From the IMG/VR virus record IMGVR_UViG_3300030107_003389, positions 1-51,808 of that record: a stretch of DNA of 51,808 nucleotides; one strand, written 5' to 3'. This DNA is from a virus (lineage: Duplodnaviria; Caudoviricetes). Within the stretch, counting starts at the first letter, position 1. Each line of letters begins with the position of its first letter. Of this stretch, positions 9,352-18,390 are shown one piece after another. The notes beneath the pieces were generated by a model. That model was not told the DNA's origin. It saw nothing but the letters and a program-made list of their open reading frames with translations, and searched no databases. Made by a program: the position numbers and the translations under genes.

Positions 9352-9771
9352 ATGAAAAACAACATTAACATCGAATTAATTAACGATAGCATTAAAACTG
9401 AGACAAATTGGCTCTTACTCGACGAGTTAGAGTTATATGAGTATGATAGTGAAATCCAAGAGAGTTTCCAATATCTTTCAGATATTAGAAATGGAGAGGA
9501 TTTTAAAGACTTGCCAAGAGATTTAAGGCTTGAAATAAAACAAATTCTCTTACAAGTAGAGATAGAGAGAGATAGTTTGGACTTCTTTCTTGATGATGCC
9601 GATAGTTTCATAAGGGAGAACTTTTGGGCTCTTGTATCAAACTTTGTTATCATCGGTAAAAAAGAGCAATTTATCAAACTTTGTTTAGATAAATTGAGCA
9701 TTTGCTTAGAGGACAAAGAGGATTTAATGTTTTTACAAACATTAAACCATTTATCTGAGGGCTCAAAATAG
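9352..9771 (+). CDS. Acidic early hypothetical protein
   Basis: GAGGAG RBS before ATG 9352; D/E-rich, helical. Confidence 0.75.
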   Translation: MKNNINIELINDSIKTETNWLLLDELELYEYDSEIQESFQYLSDIRNGEDFKDLPRDLRLEIKQILLQVEIERDSLDFFLDDADSFIRENFWALVSNFVIIGKKEQFIKLCLDKLSICLEDKEDLMFLQTLNHLSEGSK

Positions 9772-9822
9772 TTGCTACCATCAAAGATGGGAGCAAAAGT
9801 TAAAAGGGCTCAGTAGTAGTGC

Positions 9823-9874
9823 TCATGTTTAATCATATCTCTTTACTTTGTTTTTAGAGATATGATAAACATGA
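9823..9874. other. Long intergenic hairpin
   Basis: TCATGTTT-A-ATCATATCTCT ... AGAGATATGAT-AAACATGA. Confidence 0.7.
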
Positions 9875-9922
9875 AAACACTTAAAGCCGAGCAAAATCAA
9901 CCACTTATGGAGGACAAATAGC

Positions 9923-10114
9923 ATGAGTAAAAAGTATTCTTACAATAGTTTCGCCGACTTTGGAAAGGCATATAAACGAGGAGAATTGGGTAAAGACTTC
10001 TCGAAAACTCTTGCCGACAACAAGAGAAAACAAGAAAGTAAAAAGATTGTTAATAAGATGTCGGCTATTAGCCAAAATACTAACGACATTTTAAAATTCA
10101 TGGGGAGGAGATAA
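9923..10114 (+). CDS. Small basic hypothetical protein
   Basis: GGAGGA RBS; 63 aa. Confidence 0.75.
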   Translation: MSKKYSYNSFADFGKAYKRGELGKDFSKTLADNKRKQESKKIVNKMSAISQNTNDILKFMGRR

Positions 10115-10115
10115 T

Positions 10116-10280
10116 ATGCCGAGAGAGATATTAGAATATATATTGGGCTTTGAAAACAAAGTTTTCAACGAGAAAACTCGAATTGAGGACTTTGAGGGTT
10201 TCTCCAAATGGATTTGGAGAACATATTACATTGACGATTTGGGAAATAAACAAACTTTGTTTGTTTGGGAGGAGAAATAA
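10116..10280 (+). CDS. Small hypothetical protein (54 aa, MPREILEY...WEEK; not in ORF track)
   Basis: GGAGGAG RBS; TAATG coupling to next gene. Confidence 0.7.
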   Translation: MPREILEYILGFENKVFNEKTRIEDFEGFSKWIWRTYYIDDLGNKQTLFVWEEK

Positions 10281-10729
10281 TGAGATTTATTAATAAAATG
10301 ATAGCCGAAGTAGTATCGAGGGAGCAAATAAAACCTATTGACATGGATAAGCACGATTTATCTATAAGTGATTTAGGTGCAGGGAGAATACCTTTATTTG
10401 CCGAGGATAATATGGGAAATTTCAACCTTTCAGACGAGGTTTTCGGTTATCAAATGGTGCGAAACATATTGACGATATGTAATCGTTATGATATGGACAT
10501 CATGAGAACAAAAATAATTGTTGAGCCCGTAGGTATAGTATGGAGTGAGGACATGCAACGAGAAAATAACGAGACTTTCGGTTGGGCTTATCAGGAGAGA
10601 GACGAAAACGGAGATATAGAATATCTCTACGATACTCGACTTTTTACTTACGAAGTAAGATATGCTCATGAGGAGGCACTTGTTCCAAGTGCTATAATTA
10701 TTAAGCAACGAGTAATAACCTATTGCTAA
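10280..10729 (+). CDS. Hypothetical protein
   Basis: GGAGGAG RBS; TAATG-coupled start. Confidence 0.75.
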   Translation: MRFINKMIAEVVSREQIKPIDMDKHDLSISDLGAGRIPLFAEDNMGNFNLSDEVFGYQMVRNILTICNRYDMDIMRTKIIVEPVGIVWSEDMQRENNETFGWAYQERDENGDIEYLYDTRLFTYEVRYAHEEALVPSAIIIKQRVITYC

Positions 10730-10750
10730 CATTAACAACGAGGAGTTAAA

Positions 10751-11107
10751 ATGAAAAATACACAAGAAATCGCAGACAATTTTCAAAGAAAATTTGAGAA
10801 AGAGGACTACCTCTCTTTCATGTTGGATGAGTTCATCCAATATTTAAAGGAGGCAAAAGAGGACGGACAAGACATCGAGGATGTCTTGAATAAATGGAGG
10901 TTAGATACCGACGAATATCTACCTTTCAATAGTTATTCGTTCCGAAAACTATGTTGGATTTTCATAAATGCTTTTGCATGGTGTCTAAAAGACACGGATT
11001 TCTCCGACATAGAGAATTACGAGGATATGGAGATGTATGTAAAGATTATTCAGGGAGATTGGCATTGGCAAGACGACATGGATAATATCAACGAGGAGGA
11101 TAAATAA
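10751..11107 (+). CDS. Acidic protein; candidate Ocr-like DNA mimic
   Basis: 118 aa with 30 D/E (hand count), aromatic-rich, acidic tail; early position. Confidence 0.5.
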   Translation: MKNTQEIADNFQRKFEKEDYLSFMLDEFIQYLKEAKEDGQDIEDVLNKWRLDTDEYLPFNSYSFRKLCWIFINAFAWCLKDTDFSDIENYEDMEMYVKIIQGDWHWQDDMDNINEEDK

Positions 11108-11108
11108 C

Positions 11109-11459
11109 ATGAAGTTAATTACGAAAGAAATTCAAAAGAAATTAGACGGAAATCTCAAACTCGACGAGTTTGAAAGAAAACCTTATCTTAAATTATTTAA
11201 TCCGTGTGGACAAGCAACATGGCTTATTTCCGAGCATAATAAGGAAACTGGTTTAATGTTCGGCTTGTGTGATTTAGGACAAGGATTTGTCGAGTATGGA
11301 TATGTTAGCATCTATGAAATAGAGGCTATTGAACTTCCGTTTGGGTTATCTATCGAGAGAGATAAGTTTTTTAAACCAAAAACTACATTAAAAGGTTATT
11401 TAGACGAAATAAATGAGAAAGCCGAGGACGGCTATCCAACTATTATGTCGGTAGCATAA
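11109..11459 (+). CDS. DUF2958 family protein
   Basis: KLFNPCGQATWLISE...MFGLCDLGQG..EYGYVSIYEIE...IERDKFF signature. Confidence 0.85.
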   Translation: MKLITKEIQKKLDGNLKLDEFERKPYLKLFNPCGQATWLISEHNKETGLMFGLCDLGQGFVEYGYVSIYEIEAIELPFGLSIERDKFFKPKTTLKGYLDEINEKAEDGYPTIMSVA

Positions 11460-11505
11460 TGATATACTTAGAACTATTTGTATTTGCACTATCTATGATA
11501 GTGAT

Positions 11506-11835
11506 ATGGGAAATAAACAAAGCAATATGGAGAGATTAAACATGATACAAGCACAAGAAGTAAAAGAAAACGATATAATTGTTCAGGCTTTGCCTGATGA
11601 GGTTATCGAGAAAGAAATAATCGAAGTTTCATCCATTTATGGAGATATAATGAGCAAATTTCAACTCATAGAAGTAATTGTTCATCAACTAAGAGAACAA
11701 CACGAGCAAGAATTGAGGGCTCAGGAGTTTATCGACATGGAACTTTATATTCCTAACGAGGATGATGAATACGAAAAAATACAAAGTATGGGATACTTTG
11801 ACGGCGATGATTTTATCATCGGAGAGGAGGAGTAA
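11506..11835 (+). CDS. Acidic hypothetical protein
   Basis: E/D-rich ORF; start uncertain (11506/11527/11542). Confidence 0.7.
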   Translation: MGNKQSNMERLNMIQAQEVKENDIIVQALPDEVIEKEIIEVSSIYGDIMSKFQLIEVIVHQLREQHEQELRAQEFIDMELYIPNEDDEYEKIQSMGYFDGDDFIIGEEE

Positions 11836-11836
11836 T

Positions 11837-11995
11837 ATGAGCACTTGGAATATATGTTGGCTATTCATAGGCTTACAATTCGCAGGGCTATTCCTTGGAG
11901 TAGCGACGGATATGGTGCACGAGTTTAACACGATTGCATATCCTACATTAGTGCTCATGTTTTTATTAATAATGCTCACTAAGTATTTAGTATGA
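11837..11995 (+). CDS. Small two-TM membrane protein
   Basis: GAGGAG RBS; two hydrophobic stretches. Confidence 0.65.
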   Translation: MSTWNICWLFIGLQFAGLFLGVATDMVHEFNTIAYPTLVLMFLLIMLTKYLV

Positions 11996-12050
11996 GCATT
12001 ATTAAAAAACATGAACAACAAAATTTCAACCAATTTGGAGGACAAATAGC

Positions 12051-13457
12051 ATGATTGTCGATAATAAATCAACTGAATTACAAAATCACGGAGGAACAGG
12101 CATGGAGAATAATATTCCGTCGGCTAATGAGATGTCGAACATGAAAGTAAAGTCGGAACTTCGCCCTATGATGAGAAAACTCGTCGATGTTTTACAAAAA
12201 GAGGGCTTAGCAAGTCGTAAAGATTGCTCAGATTACCGATACCAAATCAAAATGGGTAGCAAAAGTCAAATTATGGACTTAGCCAACAAGTTAAGTGAAC
12301 TATATGGAGATGCATTGGAAAATTTGCAACCTAATCAACCTAATCAACCTACACAACCTACACAAAAAGACGGCTCAGGCATAAAATTTAAGCCTCAGGG
12401 AAATGAAAAATCCGACGGAGATGATACTTCTTATGGAGGTAGAATAAATAATGTCGAGCAAAAAGTCGATGATTTAGCCGAAATGATAGCCAATGGGATG
12501 ATGCAAATTAAACCTAACGAGGTTAAAGATAATAACGGAGACGAATTAAAACACTTCCAATTCGATACCATAAAACTTATGTTGGAGGAGAATAAACAAG
12601 TGCTCTTAGTCGGAGATGCAGGTAGTGGTAAGACATACTTGGGTAAGCAATTAGCATCGGCATTGAATTGTGAGAATTTCCACTCGTTATCGCTTACCTC
12701 AGGGATGAGTGAGAGCCACATCACAGGTAGGATGAACATCGAGGGAACTTTCCTCACTCCTGAATTTATGCATATCGTCGAAAATGGAGGTTTAATTCTA
12801 CTCGACGAATTTGATAACGGAGATACTGATGTATTAGTCGGCTTAAATAGTTTATTAGCCAACGGCTTTATATCATGTCCTTTGAGAACAGGCAACGAAA
12901 TGGCAATTAGACACGAGGATTGTTATATTGTATGTAGTGCTAATACATGGGGTAATGCCAACTCAGGAAATATGTATGTGAGAAAACAACTCGACGGAGC
13001 AACTCTCGATAGATTTGTGTGCTCAAAGGTAGAAGTCGGAAATGATAGACGAATTACACATCGAATAATGGGCTTATCAGGAGATAATTGCGAAGTTCAG
13101 GAATATCCTGAATTAGAAATGCTATCGACATTAGAGAGACAAAATGCAGATTTACATGTCGGTAAATTAATGGAGATTTTCGATACCATAAAACAATATA
13201 CACTCAAACCTAACATGCAAATCAGACAAATGTGCTCGAATAGAGCCTATGAACAAGGTGCAAAATTAGTTAGACGAGGTATAACTCCTAACCAAGTGCT
13301 CAAACTATACCTACAAAATTGGACTGACGATGAATTAAAACGAATAGGTGTAGAGAGAGATAGAGCAAACGAGTTTTTCGGAGTAATATCGTATAATATT
13401 AATGAAAAAGAGTTCTTTAACGGAGTTAAAGACACACAAGGAGAGAACAATGAGTAG
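12051..13457 (+). CDS. MoxR/CbbQ-like AAA+ ATPase
   Basis: Walker A GDAGSGKT, Walker B ILLDEFD, sensor SANT, Arg finger DGATLDRF; QPN/QPT linker repeat. Confidence 0.9.
   Translation: MIVDNKSTELQNHGGTGMENNIPSANEMSNMKVKSELRPMMRKLVDVLQKEGLASRKDCSDYRYQIKMGSKSQIMDLANKLSELYGDALENLQPNQPNQPTQPTQKDGSGIKFKPQGNEKSDGDDTSYGGRINNVEQKVDDLAEMIANGMMQIKPNEVKDNNGDELKHFQFDTIKLMLEENKQVLLVGDAGSGKTYLGKQLASALNCENFHSLSLTSGMSESHITGRMNIEGTFLTPEFMHIVENGGLILLDEFDNGDTDVLVGLNSLLANGFISCPLRTGNEMAIRHEDCYIVCSANTWGNANSGNMYVRKQLDGATLDRFVCSKVEVGNDRRITHRIMGLSGDNCEVQEYPELEMLSTLERQNADLHVGKLMEIFDTIKQYTLKPNMQIRQMCSNRAYEQGAKLVRRGITPNQVLKLYLQNWTDDELKRIGVERDRANEFFGVISYNINEKEFFNGVKDTQGENNE
12327..12365 (+). repeat. 9-bp tandem repeat CAACCTA(AT/CA) x4 (QPNQPNQPTQPTQ linker)
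   Basis: Read directly from sequence. Confidence 0.85.
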
Positions 13458-14496
13458 AGGTAGTAGAGACGGATTTAGCCCTCAGGTAAATGATATTAAT
13501 CGCCCTTTGACGAGTAATCGCATAGTAAATGTATCACACAAGTTTCCAAATCTAAAAGATGTAGAAACTTCCTATGGGTATAATCCTACGGAGGTATATA
13601 ACTTTACCTATGGAAGTTTGAACGAGTTTATCGACGAATTAGTGTTCGATAGTTATAACGGAGACTATGATTGGTTTAATACTACTGGTTATCATAGTAG
13701 AAAGGGTAGGTATAGCGATTTTGAGACTACTCTCGACATAAATAGTAGACAAAAGATGCTCAAATGTATAAATCAGGGCTATACCTCTCCTAAACTTTGG
13801 GATGAATACATAACGAGGAAACAAGACATAATTGCCTCTCCTGAATTTGTTAATAAATTGGGCTCAATAGGTATTGATTGTCGTCGTAAAAGACAACGAG
13901 ATTTATCAGGCACTATCATAAACATTGACAAATACATGGGGGGAGAGGAGTGTATGGAGAGCATGAAAAGACAAAATAGCCAACGATGTATTAGGTTTTT
14001 TATCGATTATGCTCAGTCCTCAGGAGAGAACACAATGAGATTAACCAATAAAGTAATTATGGCAGTAGCAATATGTGAGAAAATTGAACAATTAGGGTTT
14101 GCTACCGAAATTTATTTCGGAGAAATTAGTCGCCCTACATTTAATAAGAGAACATCTTTTGAAAGCATGGGAAAGTTTAGTTGGGATAGCGACACTCATC
14201 CTATTACATGTTGGAAAATATTGGCTAAGCCCTCAGGAGTTAAAATCGACGAAACTTATCTATGCAACTATTCCTTGACTGGAATATTTAGAGATTTGTT
14301 TTTCGATTGGAGTAAAAATTGCTTAGCAACTACCGATAGTATCGGAACTCCTATGTATCACTTAATAAAACCAAGTGAAAATCAGGAGTTATACAAGCAG
14401 ATTAGCGATAGCGATATATACATCGGACACGGAGCAACATTTCAAACTCTCATAACAAATGTAGTAGGTTATGTAAATGAGGGCTCAGATGAATAA
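13450..14496 (+). CDS. Degenerate vWA-like partner of the AAA+ ATPase
   Basis: Coupled downstream of the MoxR-like ATPase; INIDKYMGGEECM, FFIDYAQS (degenerate MIDAS), IEQLGFATEIY. Confidence 0.65.
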   Translation: MSRGSRDGFSPQVNDINRPLTSNRIVNVSHKFPNLKDVETSYGYNPTEVYNFTYGSLNEFIDELVFDSYNGDYDWFNTTGYHSRKGRYSDFETTLDINSRQKMLKCINQGYTSPKLWDEYITRKQDIIASPEFVNKLGSIGIDCRRKRQRDLSGTIINIDKYMGGEECMESMKRQNSQRCIRFFIDYAQSSGENTMRLTNKVIMAVAICEKIEQLGFATEIYFGEISRPTFNKRTSFESMGKFSWDSDTHPITCWKILAKPSGVKIDETYLCNYSLTGIFRDLFFDWSKNCLATTDSIGTPMYHLIKPSENQELYKQISDSDIYIGHGATFQTLITNVVGYVNEGSDE

Positions 14497-14502
14497 AAGA
14501 AC

Positions 14503-14931
14503 TCTTAAATTAACCATACCACAGGTAAATGTGTTCCACCATTTACCATGGGTATCGGTTAATATTAAGAAAGTGAGCACTTTTTTGAGCACTAATACTT
14601 ATTCTTTCTTTGCTTCGCTTGTGAAAACAAGCAAAGCAAGAATAAGCATAGAGGCATGTGTGTTAAATAATTTGCTCACACAAAAAGTGGTGAGTAAATT
14701 ATCGCATGATGCTCGTGTTATACTCACGAGGCTTTTATATGAATTTGTAAAGCATACATGCCGAAGTATACTTCGGCAAAGTATTGCTAACAAATCATAT
14801 ACTATTGAGCATCCCTTCGAGAGTTTATTTTTGGATATTAGTCCAAAAATAAAACAAGAATATACCGACAAACGAAAATCTATTATTATTATTATTTAAT
14901 TATTTATGTTTTATAAATAATAATAATAATA
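14503..14931 (+). ncRNA. Candidate large structured non-coding island 2 (about 430 nt, at least 7 hairpins)
   Basis: Stems 14503-14570, 14598-14646 (GAAA tetraloop), 14667-14702 (G-U), 14736-14801 with perfect 20-bp palindrome 14759-14778, 14824-14853, 14881-14931. Confidence 0.6.
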
Positions 14932-14956
14932 AAAACCTTTTAGGAGGACAAATAAC

Positions 14957-15229
14957 ATGGCGAAATTTAGAATATCAATATCCGTTCCAATAGATTGGAA
15001 CATAGATGAGTTGCCAAGTGATTACACATGGGAAACTGATATAGAGGCAGACAACGAGGATGATGCCTATGATAAAGGCTACGAGGAAGTCGAGGATAGT
15101 CTCGATGTAAGTAGTGTTTATGATGAACTATACGAGGAAATGCATAATGCTTGTATATATTTAGACGGACAATACGATTGTGATTTTACTGAGTATGTAG
15201 AAGTAAGAGAAATCAAGGAGAAAAAATGA
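14957..15229 (+). CDS. Very acidic small protein (candidate DNA mimic)
   Basis: 28 D/E in 90 aa (hand count); IEADNEDDA motif; GGAGGA RBS. Confidence 0.7.
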   Translation: MAKFRISISVPIDWNIDELPSDYTWETDIEADNEDDAYDKGYEEVEDSLDVSSVYDELYEEMHNACIYLDGQYDCDFTEYVEVREIKEKK

Positions 15230-15420
15230 GATTAACCGAAAAAGAATTGACACAATTACACGAATTGTTAGACAAGGCATGTGTTCTTTGGCAATACTAT
15301 GAAAAAGAACATGTAGATATTAATGATGAAATGTCTGACGATGAGTGGGAAAGTTTTGTCGATGAAAAACAAGATGCTTTTGCTATTGCTTGTGAAAGTG
15401 CATTGGAGGATATACAATGA
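15226..15420 (+). CDS. Acidic hypothetical protein
   Basis: AAGGAG RBS; ATGA coupling. Confidence 0.7.
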   Translation: MRLTEKELTQLHELLDKACVLWQYYEKEHVDINDEMSDDEWESFVDEKQDAFAIACESALEDIQ

Positions 15421-15557
15421 GACATTACTGGTATGATGCAGATGCAGATATAATGTATGTAGCATGTTTACAATGGCATGATTTGTTAATAATGTTAGTA
15501 TTACCAATTATGTGTTGGGAATTATGTAAATGGTTAAAAAGGACATTAAAGCCGTGA
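15417..15557 (+). CDS. Small membrane protein (46 aa, MRHYWYD...; not in track)
   Basis: GGAGGA RBS; ATGA coupling; hydrophobic core. Confidence 0.6.
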   Translation: MRHYWYDADADIMYVACLQWHDLLIMLVLPIMCWELCKWLKRTLKP

Positions 15558-15817
15558 AAAAAGAGGGTAAAATCGTTATTGATATGAACGAAATTAAAGG
15601 ACAATGTTGGGTGCTCAGTTCAATTCTGAAAAGAGAACTAAGCAACTCAGACTTATCTCCTGAATATATAGACGAGTTATTCTCAAAGATAAACAATGTT
15701 GAGGAGCAAGATTTAGAGCCTTATCTAATCTACATATTTTTGAGAGAACTCGGAGATGCATACATGTTAGACAATTTAACCGACGAACAAATAAAATATA
15801 TCGAGGAGAGAAAATGA
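15530..15817 (+). CDS. Hypothetical protein
   Basis: ORF within early operon; start uncertain. Confidence 0.65.
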   Translation: MVKKDIKAVKKEGKIVIDMNEIKGQCWVLSSILKRELSNSDLSPEYIDELFSKINNVEEQDLEPYLIYIFLRELGDAYMLDNLTDEQIKYIEERK

Positions 15818-15864
15818 TTGGCATTATAGTATTTGTAATTATTTTTCCATATTGTTTGATATGA
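15814..15864 (+). CDS. 16-aa hydrophobic microprotein MIGIIVFVIIFPYCLI
   Basis: GAGGAG RBS; ATGA overlaps at both ends. Confidence 0.5.
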   Translation: MIGIIVFVIIFPYCLI

Positions 15865-16025
15865 AAAATAATAAAAATACTAATAAGAATTGGAAGTGCT
15901 CAACTTGTGGCATGGAAAATTGGAGCAAGGCAACTGAGTGTTATCAATGTGATATGTTAAACTTTTTTGGAGTTAGAAAAAATCAAAAAGGACATTTGAC
16001 GATGTCTAAGGAGAAAAAATTATGA
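15861..16025 (+). CDS. RanBP2-type zinc-finger microprotein (54 aa; not in track)
   Basis: WKCSTCGMENWSKATECYQC fits W-x-C-x2-C-x3-N-x6-C-x2-C; ATGA coupling. Confidence 0.7.
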   Translation: MKNNKNTNKNWKCSTCGMENWSKATECYQCDMLNFFGVRKNQKGHLTMSKEKKL

Positions 16026-16270
16026 GTGAAAAAGAGTATTTAGTAGACGGAGATTGGCTTAGCCCTGATGAATTTGCTTGTAGTTATTGTGGATGCACAA
16101 TAGAGGACAATGGTGGATATATGGCAGAAATACATGGCGACTGGGTATGTGCTACCGACGGAGATAATGCACAATGTTGGTGGGAGGTTATTCAAAACTA
16201 CATGTGTCAAGTCTTAGATGTGGATAGCATGGAAAAAGACGACGAAGTTAGGGATGCACAAGATGATTAA
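16022..16270 (+). CDS. Acidic Cys-containing protein
   Basis: CSYCGC..C..C; AAGGAG RBS. Confidence 0.7.
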   Translation: MSEKEYLVDGDWLSPDEFACSYCGCTIEDNGGYMAEIHGDWVCATDGDNAQCWWEVIQNYMCQVLDVDSMEKDDEVRDAQDD

Positions 16271-16517
16271 TGTCGAAACTGAATTAACCAAACAAGTGAA
16301 TAAATCAATAGAAAAGATTAAAGCAACTGAGTGGGTATGTGAAACATGTGGTTGTCCTGAAATACAACAACAATCATGGACATACATAAACTCGGATGAA
16401 TTAGCCGACTACATAGACGGATATTTTTATTGTGAGTGGTGCAATTCAGACGACATAGCAGTAATTGACAAAAAAGAATTTAACGAAGTTAAGGAGAAAA
16501 AAAACGATGAAAAATAA
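16263..16517 (+). CDS. Zn-ribbon protein
   Basis: WVCETCG...YCEWC. Confidence 0.7.
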   Translation: MINVETELTKQVNKSIEKIKATEWVCETCGCPEIQQQSWTYINSDELADYIDGYFYCEWCNSDDIAVIDKKEFNEVKEKKNDEK

Positions 16518-17466
16518 TGAACAACAAATTGGTGTTCTCAAAGGCGATTATCCTCATCCAATGGTAAACATGGATAAAGAGCACTTTGTGAAATATGCCG
16601 ATGCAATAATGAACATGAACGAGGATGAATATAACTCTAACTCTTGCGAACAAGAGAGAGAGTTTGAAAATCCTTATGCAACATATAAGTTAGTAGGCTC
16701 ACATGATTTGTGGGGAACTCATGCAGAAGTTAGGGTGCTCAAATGTAAGCAAAATCCTGATACATTTCTGAGTGATGAAAAGGCTCTACTTGTTAAGACA
16801 TTACTTAAAAGCGAGAGCACAAACGATGAGTGGAAATTTGGAACTATGGAGTGGTTTGATATTGCAAAGTTAATTGTAGAGGGTAAATTAGTAGAAACTC
16901 AACGAGATGTAGAGTGGAGTGTTTACGAGTTTAAAGGAGTTTTGCAGAAATGTATTTCTGAGGCAAAAGTTTCTCCTAAAAAGGCATATTACATGGTAAG
17001 CAGTCAATTATTTGAACTTTGTGATACGGCACAAAGGAATAATTTAAACTTTGACGAAGTTAGAGAGGTTGCTATAATGAGCACTAACGAGAAAAAAGAC
17101 GGAAAAGAACTAATTCAGAAATTAGTTAAGGACAAAGGCGAGGAATACATTGCATGGAAATACACGAGTAAGGATGAAACGATTAATCGCTTGTTAGAGG
17201 ATGTTTCTGAGATGTTCTGTGGCTCATCTACCGACGAGGTAGGTTTTATGCTTACATTTGTAGCAAGAGTGCTCGACAAAGTAAAGAGAGAGCAAGTGGA
17301 AAGTAGTCAAGATGAAAAGGAATTTAGAGCAAGAACAAAAGCGACTGGTGTGATAGAAATTATGTTCGCTCTCATGGAGGAAACAAAATCTCTCGACAAT
17401 AAAGTCGAAGAATTTATGACAATAACAAAAGGAGGAATAAATGGAAAAGACATCCCAAAAGCCTAA
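16507..17466 (+). CDS. Hypothetical protein
   Basis: AAGGAG RBS; long ORF. Confidence 0.75.
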   Translation: MKNNEQQIGVLKGDYPHPMVNMDKEHFVKYADAIMNMNEDEYNSNSCEQEREFENPYATYKLVGSHDLWGTHAEVRVLKCKQNPDTFLSDEKALLVKTLLKSESTNDEWKFGTMEWFDIAKLIVEGKLVETQRDVEWSVYEFKGVLQKCISEAKVSPKKAYYMVSSQLFELCDTAQRNNLNFDEVREVAIMSTNEKKDGKELIQKLVKDKGEEYIAWKYTSKDETINRLLEDVSEMFCGSSTDEVGFMLTFVARVLDKVKREQVESSQDEKEFRARTKATGVIEIMFALMEETKSLDNKVEEFMTITKGGINGKDIPKA

Positions 17467-17779
17467 CGGAAAACTTATAGGCAAAGGTATGAAAACCATA
17501 AAAAGTAAAGGTTTTTCACAAGACGAGCAATTAGAGGCAAAAGAATTTGCTTTATCGTCTCGTGGACAACTTATTATGGCACAAGCACTAAGTGTAGCAA
17601 GTGCTATATTAAGAGATAAAGAGCCGTCAAATAGTGATGACATGGAATATATAGGGGAACGATTGTTCCAACCATACTGGATGATATATAGCAGTCAAGA
17701 CTATTTAGATGCTCAGGAGCAAGTTATTAAACTTGCTCAAACTGAAAATCAAAACCTAACCATTGATAAGGAGGATTAG
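17441..17779 (+). CDS. Hypothetical protein
   Basis: GGAGGA RBS. Confidence 0.75.
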   Translation: MEKTSQKPNGKLIGKGMKTIKSKGFSQDEQLEAKEFALSSRGQLIMAQALSVASAILRDKEPSNSDDMEYIGERLFQPYWMIYSSQDYLDAQEQVIKLAQTENQNLTIDKED

Positions 17780-17780
17780 G

Positions 17781-18389
17781 ATGAAAAAGAAAGATAGATT
17801 AACCAAATTGAGTGATTGGTATAGAAATAGAAAGCCTATGTATACACAATCTCATCAACCTATGTCTATGGATGTATTCGAGTATTTATTAACACATAAA
17901 TACATTACTGAAATATCTTTTAAAAAGAATTTTGGTAAAAAAGGTAATACTTCGCTTGTTAATTGCATACAACAATTAAGAAACTCAGGTGCAGAAATCA
18001 CTTCTACGAAGTATCGTCAAGGTGGAAAAATGCACTATGCTCTTAGAAATAGACATCAATTAGCAAAAGTCTTGGGAGTTAATATCGATACTTTAAAATT
18101 AGCCCTTGCAAATGCTCAAATAAGTGCTCAGACACTTGGTAGTAGCACTACCATTACGACACAACCTGTGCAATATCACAAGGCTACGAAGTTTGAAATG
18201 GTAGAGACTGATGCAAGAGATAGTAATGTAGAAGTTCCCGTGTATTATTTCATGGATGATATGAATAAAGTCGTTCTTGATAGAGCCCTTATGTGTAAAG
18301 AGTTTAATGAAAAATTAGACGATTTAGAACAAGGATTTGAGGATGCATGGAACGATAAGCAAAAGGACTATGCAGATGATAATAGATAA
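17781..18389 (+). CDS. Winged-HTH-like DNA-binding protein with acidic C-terminal domain
   Basis: SLVNCIQQLRNSGAEIT...HYAL resembles the wHTH at 23326; GGAGGA RBS. Confidence 0.55.
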   Translation: MKKKDRLTKLSDWYRNRKPMYTQSHQPMSMDVFEYLLTHKYITEISFKKNFGKKGNTSLVNCIQQLRNSGAEITSTKYRQGGKMHYALRNRHQLAKVLGVNIDTLKLALANAQISAQTLGSSTTITTQPVQYHKATKFEMVETDARDSNVEVPVYYFMDDMNKVVLDRALMCKEFNEKLDDLEQGFEDAWNDKQKDYADDNR

Positions 18390-18390
18390 G

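Noticed and set aside
14477-14899. 140-aa ORF
   Set aside because: Atypical composition for this region and entirely overlaid by hairpins; probably incidental, although not excluded
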